This document shows positions 24,770 through 36,899 of a stretch of 64,000 bases of DNA, piece by piece. Under the pieces are notes generated by a model. The model ran no database searches and had not been told where the DNA came from. It saw nothing but the letters and a program-made list of their open reading frames with translations. This DNA comes from Raillietiella orientalis. Its lineage: Eukaryota. The stretch covers positions 992,001-1,056,000 of the forward strand of contig JAYWIR010000014.1 in NCBI GenBank assembly GCA_036172245.1, read 5' to 3'. Made by a program: the position numbers and the translations under genes. How positions within the stretch are numbered: the stretch's first letter is position 1; each line of letters opens with the position of its first letter.

Positions 24770-27300
24770 ATCTCACGAAACGTGCGAGGACGCAACAGCT
24801 CAAGCATCTTCGCGGCGTGGCCAGAGAAGATGCTTGAGATGACTTCCGCCCAATATCATGGAGAGTTTGGCAAGGCGACGGAAGGCGGAACTGCGCTCAC
24901 GCCCTCGCCATCTCATCCGCTGCGAACGGGAGGCGCGAAGGAGTTTCGCCGAAGGCTGATCGATACTGGCGAGAAGACCAGCCTGCGGGCAAGGGTGGAA
25001 CGAAAGTAGAGACGGGGGAGAAAAGAATTGACCCCAAGTCATCTCCGTCTCCTGCAGGCACCTGCCTGCAGCTTAGAGGTAATGAAAGGTAGGATAATCG
25101 CGAACTGCCCCTGTCGTCACTTCCTCGCGACCAGAGGAAAAAATTCCATCTGTTTCTGTGAAGTTGCTTTCTAAGACACCCGAATCCCACGGGCTAGGAG
25201 CTCTCAGCAAGCATTCGACGCTCGGATCGCCAGCGACGAACCAGATGGCAGTCGTCAGGTGGCAGAAGCAGATGCCGAAAGGGGTCGCCTTCCAGGGTGT
25301 CAGAGTGGAGCAAAAGGAAGTACCTGCGACATTTCAGTAGAACCTTGGCAGGAGGCCACGTTCCCTCGTTACTTGACACTGTCTACTCCCCTGTCTTGTC
25401 CCTCCTTCCCCTTCCTTTAAACTCATTCCTTCGTGTGCTTCGGCAATCCACGTGGTGGTGGGTGGTTAGGAGAGCTTGCAAAGAGCACGGCTCTCCTGCA
25501 ACCGGCAGGTGGAAACTCGCAGATGTGGAGTGAGCTAGAGTGACCCGCCAGCTCTTTCAGGGCCGTCACCGCTGAGCAAATCCGGACACAGCACCAGGCA
25601 GGCAAGCCCTCACCTGGCAGTCCTAGCACCCAAATGGCGAAAGAATGCTGCAGGGGACGGAAGGGATGGGACGGGAGGAGGTCGGACTGGAACCAGAGCC
25701 CTCCGGAGCTCAGAAGAGACCTACCCGCAGGCTTACGCAATTCTTCGACCGGGACTGCGCAAGAGCCCGCAGCGAAGGAGGACTTCGTACCCAACGGAAC
25801 TTGCGGCAAAACTACGCATAGCGTCCTCGGAGACAAGCGAGGCATCGGAGCAAAGAAAGGGCGCCTACCGTGGCCAGCAGCGGTCAACCCACCGTTCTCG
25901 AGGAAGCTCAGCGTCGCTTGGCAACCTGTGAAGCCAACCGGCATTCTCCCGGTTCCCGCCGCTCTTGGGTTGGAGGGCGAAAGTTGGAGGAGAAACAAGA
26001 GCCTTCGCGAGTCGCGCCGTGACGGGATGAGGGGAAAGGGAGAGGGAAGCAGGGGATCATGGCGGAGAGAGGGGCGACCGCTGATTGGTCCATGGCCCTA
26101 AGAGGCGCTCTCTGACCAGGGAGTCAGGATGAGCACATGGGAAAGGGAAAAGGGAGAACAGAGAGGCTAGCAGTGAGGCGAAGCCCCTGAAAGAGTTTCG
26201 CTGAGCCATGCGGAGCGGCCAAGGGAAATGGCAGTCTGATCCCCCATGCGGTCCCACATCATCCTGCGGCACAGCAGCAGCAGCCTCTTCGTGGAGGACG
26301 AACCCGGGCCGGCTGGCTAGGAGGGGGGAGGCCAACCGCGACGAGCCGCCACGCGCTGAGGCACAGCAGGTCGGTTGGTGCGAGAGGAGGCGGAAGCAAC
26401 CTCGTGAGAGGGCGCAGGAGGCGTGTCCTTCTGACTGGCCGGATGCTCAGTCAGCCAGAAGAGGAGGCGGCGCACGAGCGTGGTGCTATAGTCTCGCTCA
26501 GGTCGGATGCCTAGACAGGTCCTTTGAAAGGGTGGTCTGCGAGCGGGGACTCCTGAGGGAACGGAGATTCCTCCCTCATGCACCTCGCTCCAGGAGCCGC
26601 CGCCTCGATTGCCGCTGGTTACAGAGCCACCTATTCCTTTCTTTCCTTCCCCTTCCTGCCGAACCCCTCTTCCTTCTTTCTTTGAATCGCCTCCCTTGAA
26701 ACGGTGGCAGCAGCGGGTAGACCACGGGAAGAGAAACGGGAAGTATCGGCACTCCAAAGCGCCGGCCGCAACGCCGGTCCACGGGTCCGTAAGTCGCCGT
26801 CCGATCCTACCCTGCAGGCGTCCGTGGCACACGTCGTCAGCGATCCCTCCTATCCGCCAGTCTCCTCCGTCGCCCGGCAGTCCCTCCAACAGGAACATCC
26901 GCTCTCCCACTGCTCGGGTCCTGCAAGTTCTGCCTCTGCGCGCGGTAAGGATGGTGACCCTTTGGTTCCTAACCGTATTCTCCAGAGATATTCCGCTCTC
27001 TGCGAAGGTTCCGGAATCGCCCCTGCGTGTTTCAGGAATGTGCTCCCCCTCGTTCCTTTCCTCCTTTGATTCCGGTTATGTTTTCTTTCGGTGTGTACGC
27101 AAAGTCCCTTCAGGGGCGCTCTGTGGTGGACCAAATCTCGCAGCAACGGTGTGTCCGGAGGTGGGGAGGGGGAGAGGAAAGGGAAGAGGGATGGAAGCGA
27201 TGAGATTGAATAATCCCTGGAGAGGGTCCTTGTCTCATGGGGTGAAATTTTCTGCAGGTTGACAACATAGCACTCCCGACATCCCGGTCGCTTCCGGGAG
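24770..27300 (+). mobile_element. Degenerate non-LTR ORF2 remnants
   Basis: SRNVRGRNSS resembles the APE N-terminal S.NVRGLN motif at about 24.78 kb. A thumb-like segment lies at about 26.9-27.2 kb. Confidence 0.35.
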
Positions 27301-29599
27301 GACCACACCTGTCCTGAAGGGGATCCGGAGCGGAGCAGCAGGAACAAGGACGTCGCTGCCGTCACCCCTCCTCGTCTTTCCCCCTCCCTTTTCCCACTGT
27401 TTTCGACCTGCCTCTTCTTTTCCATTTGGCAGCTTCCGGTCAGCGCGGATGGATGCCCCTGGCGTGTCGGGAACCTCTGAAGATTCCTGCGAGCGATCGG
27501 CGACCCGCCGAAGTGTCACGTAAGGCCCACTCCGTGGCCTTGTCCCTCCTTTTTTGTTCTGAGGGGTGAAGGTGGGGGCTTCGAGAAGCTCCCGTATGCT
27601 CCTCGTCTCTCAACGCAGAGCCTCGTCCTGACCCGCTCCCAACACTCCAGGAGAGCGACACGGCGGAACGCAAGTCAGGATCTCCAGAGACCAAGGAAAG
27701 AGAGGGTGGAGAGAAAGGCAAGAGAGCTGTTCGTCCTCTCACCGTTCCTAATTCCTGCCATGCCTTCGGCGACCGAGACTGAGTGGTGATCTCTGTCGCC
27801 CACCAGACGTCTCCACCGGACGGACATTTCTGCCTCCGTACCCCTTTCTTTTTTTTTGGCTCAGAATGAAGAATCGGGGAAGGAGGCCGGAGTCGTCGTT
27901 ATGGTGACGGGTGCTGCTGGAGAGTTCGTCCTCCTTCCGCGGTCATTCCCCGGTCTCTCTGCGCTCCGCTGGCGGGGTGTGCCTCCGTGAAACCAGGTGG
28001 CGGCGTCTTCAACCTGGACCTCATCTGAGACGCCTCCAGAGGTCACTATGAAGTTTCTTCCCTATCCTGAGGTAAATGGAGTGAAAGGGATCCCTCCTTC
28101 CGGCAGGGAACAACTGTGGCTACTTCGGCTAGAAGATTTCCTTTCTTTCTAGGGAGACAGGCGCAGCTCTGTTAGGGTACCAGCAGGGTCCTCGAGTGGG
28201 GCAGTCGTAGAACAGGAGAACAAAGGGAAGGACGAGAGGGATGGGGAGTTTCTCCTCTGGAAGGGAGCCTTGGGGGAGGAAAAACAAGGGAAGTCCCAAG
28301 AGAGCTCCTGGAACTTCTCCTGAGTACCCTCGAGGTCCCTTCTGGACAGGGAGAATGATCCTCGGAGAAAAGGAGCCTTTCCGCACCAGGATAGGCGTTG
28401 CTTGTCTCAATCTGCAGAGGCATGGGAATGCGTTCTTCGCCCTTCTGAACCCACCTTCATCCCCCTTGAGAGTTCCATGTTTTCTTCACCCTATCTTTCT
28501 CATTCCCGCAATCCGGTAGGAGATGTGACCCTCTTCCTGGAATCCTTCTTCCGGGACTTTAGGGAAGCCGCCCCGATATCGCAGGGTGCCTGTGCCTTTT
28601 CATCTGGACAGACGGGAAGTGGCACCGACCCCGACCCCGACGTGGTCAGGAATAAGTAGAGAGGGGTGGACGCGATGAGGATAGAGACGAGGGTGAGGAA
28701 GAGGAGGAGGATAAAGAAGAAAATGGTCGTGGTGATGGTAGAGAAGAGGACCTCCATTCTAGCATCCTTCGTGCCCGGAGGGAAGAACAGACGATGCACT
28801 TCTGGAGGTCGAAGGAAGCGGCAGGAAGTCAACCAGATTCCAGCCTTCCCGAGGGAGGGAAGAGCAGGAACGGCGAAAAGTCTGCGCGGGAGCCCGGAAG
28901 CCAGGGCTCCTTTTCAGCAGTTGTTTACGTTGGCTGATGGCGTGGTGGATATCTCATGGAGGAGCCGCTACCTCGGGAAAGGTGACAGGAGCTCCCGGAT
29001 GAAGTTCCGCCTCCCTCCTTTTTTGCCTTCCACAACAACACACACACCTTTTTTTTTTCCTTTTTTTTTTTTGAACGCTAAAAACCTCTGCTGATGACGC
29101 CGAAAATTTCGGAGCCCGAAATTCAATATTCTTAGGGAAGGATGAGGAAAGGAGGAAGGGAAGAGGAGGGATTTTTGCTCTCCCTGCCACCGAAAGACGT
29201 GGAAGGGGAGAAGGAAGATGAGAGATGGTCCTACCTCTTCCGCGCGTTGGAATCCCGGAATGCCCCTGTCGGAAGATCGTTGCCGCCGTCGTTCCAAGTC
29301 GCGCCCGCCCATTCCAGGATGGAGGAAAGGAAAGACCACACATTGCAGAGACTGCGGGCAGCTGGTAATTCCCCTGTCCGGCGGCCAGAGGCTCATCTTC
29401 GGGAGCGCTGAAACCGAAGGAAACGGGAAAGAGGGAGCGGGCAGGACCCACACGGCGCTCACTTCCCCTTCACATCAAGATGCTTCTCCAAATCCTCCGG
29501 GATGACCTTGCCCCGGATTCCTCCACAAGGAAGAGGGGCGCGTCCGGTTTCAAGGACGCTGGCTCCTCCGACCACGACCACTGCTTTTCGCAGCTCCTC

Positions 29600-31260
29600 G
29601 TGCGTCGCCACTTCCGGGTGCACTGGTGGTGCCGGAGGTGGCGTTGTCACGCATTCGGAGCCCATGCCCCCCCTTCATCCTCCTATACTACTCTTTCTTT
29701 CTCCTCCTCCCAGCAAGTCGGAATAGGACAAGGCCGTGCCTGCCCGGGGGGAGTTGCATGGTTTGTCAGCGAGTCTCTCGAGAGCTGAAAGGAGGTGGAG
29801 ATCCCAAGTTGGTCCTCCCATATGGTAAGAGTAATTCAGTGGTCTCTCTTTGTCGGTTAGTGGCATCCCCATGGCGTGCTGGTGACCTCAGCTGAACTGG
29901 TGTAAGATTCAGAGGGCGCATTCTGCATCCACATCTGACATGTTGACCCACAGAAACGGAGAAAGGGCGTGCGCGTTTCCCTATAGCGGGGCGGAAACGT
30001 GTCCGGTACACTCCTATGAGAAGCGGAGATGTAGGGAAGGGGTTGCTAGGTCTCTCGATTGGACCTTCCTCATCACTATGTCCTCGCAGCAGTCCACGCA
30101 CCCCGTCCTTCCTCCACTGCGGATGCGTCGTCAAGGAACGTCATCTGCCGGAGGAGAATCATTCTGTACTAGGCGTACTGAGGCATGTGGGTCTCCAGGG
30201 GTGAACCTCTCGCAGCGAGTGACCGCGAGCGAAGGGCCCCAGCCCCTGAAGCGGGTGACCAAACGCGGCTAGTCCACTATGGGAGGGGAAGGCCGGTTCA
30301 ACTCTGAAGACAAGAGAGAGTCTCTCCATCTCCACAGCGGTGCACATGGACGCTCACCGCTGGGAGCCATCAGGTGAAGCTTCCGGGTGGCAGGAACGGT
30401 CCAAAATGCTCCCATACGCCAAGGAGACGTTCGTTGGCTCTTCGCAGAGCAGGAAAAAGCCCCACTCCCTTCAGGCATTTGTTTCAGCCGGGTGATACTG
30501 CTGGCGTGCACGTAACTCCGAAGAGGGGTGGGAAGAGACTGCGACTGCCACCCTTGGACAGCACGGACGCATCACTGGAAGTCAGATGGCTGTCTTCCAA
30601 CGGTACGCCCGTACCTGCAGCGAGCTTCATGGGAGGTAGGCGGTCTTCAGGGACGAGGGTATGAAGGGATGCTCTGTGATCGGTTTGGTGGAGCCCCGCG
30701 CAAGGCACGAGACGCACCCTTCCCGGAGGAGGAGGGGGAGGACTCAAAGGGATCGAGGTTAGGGATGGCTGAAGGTTCTTGTGGCTTGGGAAAGTAGGAG
30801 GGATCACCTCCCACTTCCTCAAGAGCGGAGATTGTATTCTGGGAAGGCGGCGTCCACGCAAATGGAACTCCTCACGGAGGCTGCAGAGCCATAGTTCCAC
30901 TGCTTGCCCTGAGGGCACAGCGAAGCTCCTCTACACGCCAAAGAGTGAGTCAGCCCTTCGAACGAGGGAGCAGGAATGCTGTCGCTGGACCTCGAGCACT
31001 CCGCAGCAGTGTGGTCACACCAAACGAGAATCTGGAATCCGTGGAGGAAGGAAGAAGGGATGGAGCAATCTCCACAAGGCTCTAGCTTCCGTCGAGGGTG
31101 ATCTGAAGTCCCGTCTCGCGTGCATTCTGGTCTTCTGGTCTCTCCTGCGGCTCTCTATCTGGGACGCCGGAAGGATAAGTCTCCTTTCTTGCTCTTGGAT
31201 GCTCCTGAAGGAATCTACTGTCTTGGAGATGTCTGCATCTTCTGTGCATCCGAAATTCGA
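29600..31260 (+). mobile_element. Degenerate Tx1/L1-like ORF2 (APE plus partial RT)
   Basis: GGVAWFVSES, WRAGDLS (GDFN-like), HSYEKRRC..ARSLD, GKVGGITSHFLK and NLHKALASV occur in collinear order. Confidence 0.5.
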
Positions 31261-34200
31261 ATTTGTCTTTAAACCCTGCGGAACGTGTGCTCCTGGGTCG
31301 ACGACCCAAATGTTCCCACGTTCCCCTTTTCCTCCCCCTTCTTCTTCCTCCTCCTCCTCTTGGTGTGGTTCTCGTTTGTTTGCCTGCTTGCCTGCTTTCC
31401 CCTCTCCCTTTTGCTTTCTGGCTGCCGTGGCAGTCCTGCATCCGCCAACTGCGCAGCGCCCGCGAACCAGCGAAACGCCCGTCAGGTTCCTCAAGAGGGC
31501 TGCTAGATGGCGAGAGAGGCGACAGCAGCGCAAGGCTGCCGTCCCTCCCCCGTCCTCTCCCGACTCGCGGAGAGCGATCGGTTCCGATCGCCCTCGATCC
31601 GCAGCGCTTGAGCGCCTGCGGCTCCATTGTTCTCGAGTGGGAGTTTCCAGGAGACGGATGAGGTTGAGAAGCTCTGACGGTTCCTCAACGTCTGTTTCGG
31701 CCCCCTCAACGGAGCGTCCAGGCCGGCAGGCGGGACGACGGCGGCGGCAAGAGCGGTTTCTGGGTGGGGGGACATCCCGGAAGCGAAGGCGCTGCCACCG
31801 CCGGTGCAGGCCAGCAACGAGAAAAGCATCTCACGCGTTCCTCTCCAGCCGATGATCGCGGCCACTCATCGGGGAAAATGGGAAGGGGGAGGGAGAGGGA
31901 GAGGGAGGAGCGCACGCCCATCTCGCGCGGGGATCCCGAACGCGGAAACGCGTGCCAGCGGAGGCATCACAAAATTCGCGGCTCAGCTCCCCGGATCGAA
32001 GTGGAGACCCCCCAAATCCCCGCACGGCATGCACGCCACCCTTCTACCACTGCCGCCCTCCAGTCCGGAGAGGGCGTGCTCGCCTCGCGTTGGACTACCC
32101 TCGACCACAGAGGTGCCCGCGCATCCCACTTCTGGTTCCTTCCGTTCGCCGGCTTCTGCACCGCCGCGGATGTTCTGCAGCTGCCGCGCATTCCTCTCCG
32201 AGGAGGCGGAGACAGGACGCTCTTCTCCTCCGCCTCCTTCCTGGGGGACCGTCCTTTCGAGGGGGGTCGGGGGAATGTGCCCTCCGGGGAGGTTTGCGCC
32301 GCTCCAGATAATCAGCAGCAGGTCCGGTTCGCGCGGACGGGAACGGCGGCGACTTCCACCAACTGAAGCCGCCTCCGACAGACTGCTCTGGCGTGCCCGC
32401 GCGTTCCCGACCTCCCTGCTGCAGCTGCTGTCAGACCCTCGAGAGCTTTAGGGTTCGTAACAAGTCGAGGGCTCGCGGGAGGGCGCAACTCTGCTCGGGT
32501 GACCCTTTTCCTCCGAATCAATTCCTCTGTGATGCGGAGTAGCCTTCCTCCCCCCCCCCCCACAGAGGAGGACCCTTCGAGGAACAGAAGAGTGGAGGGT
32601 AAAGGAGGGTCGAATGCTGCCTAGTCCGGAGACGGCTGCTCGCACAGGTGCGAGACCTCTTACGTGGACATCCTGCTGACGCTCCTGCGGGGGCGATAGC
32701 CTAAGCACCTGTGCGCGCGCTTCATGTGCACAGGTGCCCCGGAATCTCGCCTCGTTTTCTTAGGAGTGTTCGCCTCGCCGTCGGGTGAGAGGATGCACCT
32801 CCTGGCAGGAAATGCAAGGGGATGGGAGAGACGCTTCCGAACTCTGCAGCTGTTCGGCGGGACTCTCCCGTGTCTTCTGTGAGACTGGGCTGCCCGCTCG
32901 CCTGCAGGGTCGAACGGGAAGACCAAGTTGCCTCCTACCCGGTGAATGGGAGGGTGCTCTTACGAAGGTCTCCTTTTGACGGTGGAGGGTTCAAACTTGG
33001 GATCCACGGCGACCGTGGGACTGAAGAACCAAAGGAGGAATTCGTCCTGAGGAAAAAAGCTTCTGGGGCCCTCGATATGAAGCTTAAACCACGTGACGAT
33101 GGTGGCGATGAAGAGAGAGGAAGAATAAAAGAAGAGAAGGAGGTGGAAAGAAAAGAAAGTGGACGACGATGAAGAGAAGAGAGAGCAATGTGGGAATATC
33201 CGTCTTCCGCGAGTTGCCATGGGAGCTAAGAACAGGGACAAAAATGGACTCCTAAAGGCGACCATCGGGGCGGGAGGGAGAGCATGAAGGGCTGAAAGGG
33301 AACGGACGCGGTAAGTGTGGCTCGATGAATTTGCCATTCCAGGATCGTCTTTTCATGAGCAGCTCAGGCGCCTGTTCCACGGCTTGTCAGGAGAGGGACG
33401 GGCCCCAGGATACAGGGACCGAGGAGAACGCGCATCATCTGGTCAGGCAGGGGCAAGGGAGGGGGAGGCACGTGGGTTGTCTCATCCTCTGGAGGCACGT
33501 CCGTGAATGCAAAATGGTCTTCCTCCTCCTTCCCGGTAGGCTCACGAGAACATCGGATTCCCCCCTCCCCTTCTTCCTTCCATGGACGAGCAACGTGAGT
33601 AGCCGAAATGAAGTGGCAGACAAAACCTCCACCCCCCTCTCTTCCTCTGTTCTGCTTCCTAGGACCGCACTCAGCTCTTGCCCGAGATCGGGACGGGAAG
33701 CTCTGACGCGCTGCTCCGCATCTCCTAGGAACGCCCGCTGTGATATCCTGTTTCCTGCGTCGAATTTTCCCCCCACGCAGCTACGCATTTGGCTTGTGCT
33801 CGGGCCGACGTGGGTCGCGCCACCCTCAGCAGCGGCCGCTGGGAGCCGCGCCGGTCGTTCGTTCGGTGGGCACGGGTGCTGAGGGAGCAGCGGACGGGAT
33901 GGGGCGGGAGAGTCGGGAAGGAAGGAGGAGAGAAGGACGGCGTCGGCTTCCTGCAAGCGAGAGGCGGGTGAATAAAGGGCGGGTCGTTACGGAAGCTTTA
34001 GGAGGGTTTTGAAGAGGGAGGCAGGATCTGTGAGGCGCGTTCCTCACCTTTCCGTGGATGCACAACAACGCGTGCTCCGCGGGTGGGGAGCTCTCACTCC
34101 GTCCGATCCTGGACCACCTCCACTTTCCTCCTAGTGTTCTTCTCCGGTGCGGGCGCCTGGACGTCGAATGGGTGGCAACCTGCCCCCTTGTGGGGCCGTT

Positions 34201-34814
34201 CCAGCCCTCCGTCATCTCCCCTTTGAACGCCGCGAGGAGGGACGTGCGCGTCCTCGAGAGGCACCACAGCGGTGCATCCACCATTCTTCGATCTCTGATC
34301 CCCGCGGCTCCAACTTGCGCGAAAAGGCTGCTGCCTCGATGCGGCGGATGCAACAAGAGATGCAGGCTGCTGCTACTGAGGATGCTGGAGCGAAAGTCCG
34401 TCTCGTGGCAAAGTGATGCTGCGCGAGGTCTCCGGGAAGTCCTTACGGTTGATCGAGGGCTCTTGAGGGGCGTCCTTGACCCGAACGAACGGGTCGAGGT
34501 CAGAATGCAGACACTTGCGGACTGGGATCGCTTCAAGCGCTCGGTCCGGGAGTTCTGAGAACAGTTCCCTCTGCACCGACTACCTGCGGGGTATGGGGAG
34601 GAGGTCCGTAACGAGAGGATGTACCTACACGCCCGACGTTACGCAAGGACCCCCGACGTTTGCAGTCTCGCGGAGTATAAAGCGGGAGCCGAGAGGCAAG
34701 CCTGGCAATCAGGATCGGCCAGCTTGCTGGACGACCAGGGCCGGGAGCACTCAGCTCCCGCACAGGTAAAAGAGATAATAAGGAAGTTCTACTCCTCCCT
34801 GTACGAGAGAGCGC

Positions 34815-35025
34815 CTAATACCAAACGCAAAAACTGCGATTCTAAGTAGCGATCAGAAGTCGGTTGGTAACGTCATTGACTTAGTATTGAAAAAAGAGGT
34901 GAACATTATAATTGGCACACAGATAATTGCTAAAGGGCACAATTTTCCCAAATTAAATTTGGTTGGAGTAATTAATGCAGACTCGGGCCTTGAAAATTCT
35001 GATTTGAGAGCAGCAGAAAAGACAT
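34815..35025 (+). pseudogene. priA: Horizontally acquired internal fragment of bacterial primosomal protein N' (PriA helicase), Wolbachia/Rickettsiales-like
   Basis: AT-rich island with the open frame LIPNAKTAILSSDQKSVGNVIDLVLKKEVNIIIGTQIIAKGHNFPKLNLVGVINADSGLENSDLRAAEKT. This matches the PriA helicase signature IGTQxxAKGHxFPxxxLVGVxxAD...DxRAxE. No start or stop codon. The Wolbachia-like assignment rests on recalled similarity and composition. Confidence 0.92.
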
Positions 35026-35052
35026 CCCGCTCCGGCTCCGGAGCGGGATGTC
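35021..35052. repeat. Perfect 15-bp-arm palindrome at the right priA junction
   Basis: GACATCCCGCTCCGG-CT-CCGGAGCGGGATGTC. Confidence 0.97.
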
Positions 35053-35824
35053 GCGCGACTCCTGCTTCCGAAAGGCGCTCCAGCGCTCGAGGAAAAGGAG
35101 AGGAGTCACGATGAGCCTTTCACGGCAGGTGAGATCATCACCGCCATCGGAAGGCTCAAGAGGCTTAAGGCTCCAGGAGGGGACGGCCTGCCAGCGGAAT
35201 TTTTTCAAAGCTCCAGAGCTCACTCCCCTGGTACAGAAAGTCACCTTGCTGATCCGCGAGGCAGGCGACGTTCCCGCCTCGTTTCGCTCGGCAAAGGTGC
35301 GTCTCCTTTCCAAGGGAGGAGACTTACGGAGCCTGGGCAACTGGCAGCCGATTGCCGTGGTAAACACGGACGCAAAGTTGCTAGCGAAGTTGTGGACTGA
35401 GCGTTTGGGACGGTTGGCGGAAAGTTTCATCAGCCTGGAGCAGTTCCCGGGCGAAGCATGGATGTTAACCTCTTTCTCGCCAGCACCTGGTTCGTGCTCC
35501 ATCATGAAAGAGACAGGATGGGCAACCGAAATTCCGGAACGTCCGTTGGTGGGGAACGGGATGATTAGGAGGGGAGGGAGCCCTTGCGGCCGCAGTCGAC
35601 TTGCATAAAGCATTCGACTGAGTCGACCAGAGACTCCTTCTGGAGCTCCTGGAACGCTTGGGCTTCCCGGCCTCTTTGATCTCTTTGATGGACTACTTGC
35701 GCTCCTGCTGGCGCGACGCGTTCATCCAGATCTCTTTCAGTGGACACATCGTGTACAGTTTACTGGTACGACGCGGCATACGGCAGGGCGACAGCCTGAA
35801 CCCTTGTTCTTCCTCTGAGAGCTG

Positions 35825-36110
35825 TTTTTACACCCGGGTGCGCCGGGGCGTTTATTTTTTAGTAAAAACAAACAAGCAAGTGTAGGGCTATTGCTCCTAC
35901 AGCGTCCTAGAAAATGTTCTAATAAAGAGTCTGAAATTGCCGAGTAGCAAGCACGCAGGCTGGCGAGTTCGACTCGGCAGCGGGAGGGAAAAGGACAAAT
36001 AAAAACAAAAAGACAACACTATTTACAAAAGCAGGGAGGAGTTGGGGAAGGGATCACATTCCGCGGGAGTCGTCCTCTATATCCTTTCCAGGATGCCGGC
36101 AAGCTGTTGG
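35825..36110 (-). mobile_element. 3' end of a Tx1-like element (copy B)
   Basis: On the minus strand: cttgccggcatcctggaaaggat...gtgatcccttccc, a U-rich tract, hairpins, then AATAAA-CGCCCCGGCGCACCCGGGTG-TAAAAA. Confidence 0.8.
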
Positions 36111-36479
36111 TGCTGCATTGGGGTCTCCCGTGCAACTCCCGCCGTCACCACTGGACGCGGGGTGTGTCGACACCAATTGTGTTAGGTGCGGGGAACGAGA
36201 ATCCCCCAACAACTGTTAGTGGACTGTGTTGCCCTCCGGTCCCTCTGGGAACGCTTTGCCGTGACCCTGGGAATCCGGGATGCAACTCTAGGGGCGTTAT
36301 AAAACCCCTCTTCGTTCGCGACACGCTTCGGTCAGCGGCCTCCCTTGCAGTCCTGTGCTGCCTACGCGGGATCATCGCAGCTGGAGTAAAGCAAAGGGAG
36401 GAACCAGAGACAGTGATACCATTCACTTCGCCTTCCAATTTATCAGGTGGGCGACGCGATGGTCCCACCTGGAAGTCAA

Positions 36480-36754
36480 CATTCAGTAAGAGCTTGCCAG
36501 CATCCTCGAGAGGATGTGACGGACCTCCCAGCATGTGATTCCTTCCCACGCCCTCCCCAGTTCTTTTAGTTAGTTTTGACTTTTGTTTTTCTTTTATACC
36601 CCTCCTCTCCTCTGCTGCCGAGGTGGACTGTACCGGTCTGTGAACCGGTGACCCGGCAGGCTTTGTACATCTAGCACGTGTATGGATCACTTGCCCAGCC
36701 ACAGATTCTCCAAATGTTTTATTCGAAAGAATAAACGCCTCAGCGCACCCGGGT
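36480..36754 (+). mobile_element. 3' end of a Tx1-like element (copy C)
   Basis: cttgccagcatcctcgagaggat...gtgattccttccc, a U-rich tract, a hairpin, then AATAAA (36730)-CGCCTCAGCGCACCCGGGT. Confidence 0.8.
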
Positions 36755-36899
36755 AGGAATCGATCCGAACGAAGGGCACCAACCCTTTTCCGAAGAGGGG
36801 CTCAGGATGGGATTCGATCGTCCCGTCTTCTGGCGCAGCTTCAGAGGACGGCACAGGAAGGGCGTCTCTGTCTTCCGGATGTGAGGGAGGAGCTAGAAT

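Larger units (their letters stand above)
33650..35805 (+). mobile_element. Tx1/L1-clade ORF2 pseudogene (APE, linker, RT domains up to QG), interrupted by the priA insert and truncated
   Basis: Collinear motifs: CDILF; DGVGFL; ILDHLHF; WDRFKRSVREF; IIRKFYSSLY; EPFTAGEIITAIGRLKRLKAPGGDGLPAEFF; LLSKGGDLRSLGNWQPIAVVNTDAKLLAK; VDLHKAFD*VD; LGFP; RRGIRQGDSLNP. Frameshifts and stops are present. Confidence 0.92.

Noticed and set aside
29091..29125. Hammerhead ribozyme core (CTGATGA...GAAA)
   Set aside because: The stem II closing pair is C/C, and no stems I/III or cleavage triplet could be built.
34887..35114. Functional PriA or PriA-RT fusion gene, or a bacterial contig
   Set aside because: Only 70 internal codons are present, out of frame with the upstream ORF2, and the flanks are eukaryotic TE sequence.
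35830..36754. DNA transposon or MITE with 25-bp terminal inverted repeats
   Set aside because: The same motif occurs singly at 13616 and 46172 as a retroelement 3' tail. Each end has its own 3' UTR, and no transposase or target-site duplication was seen.
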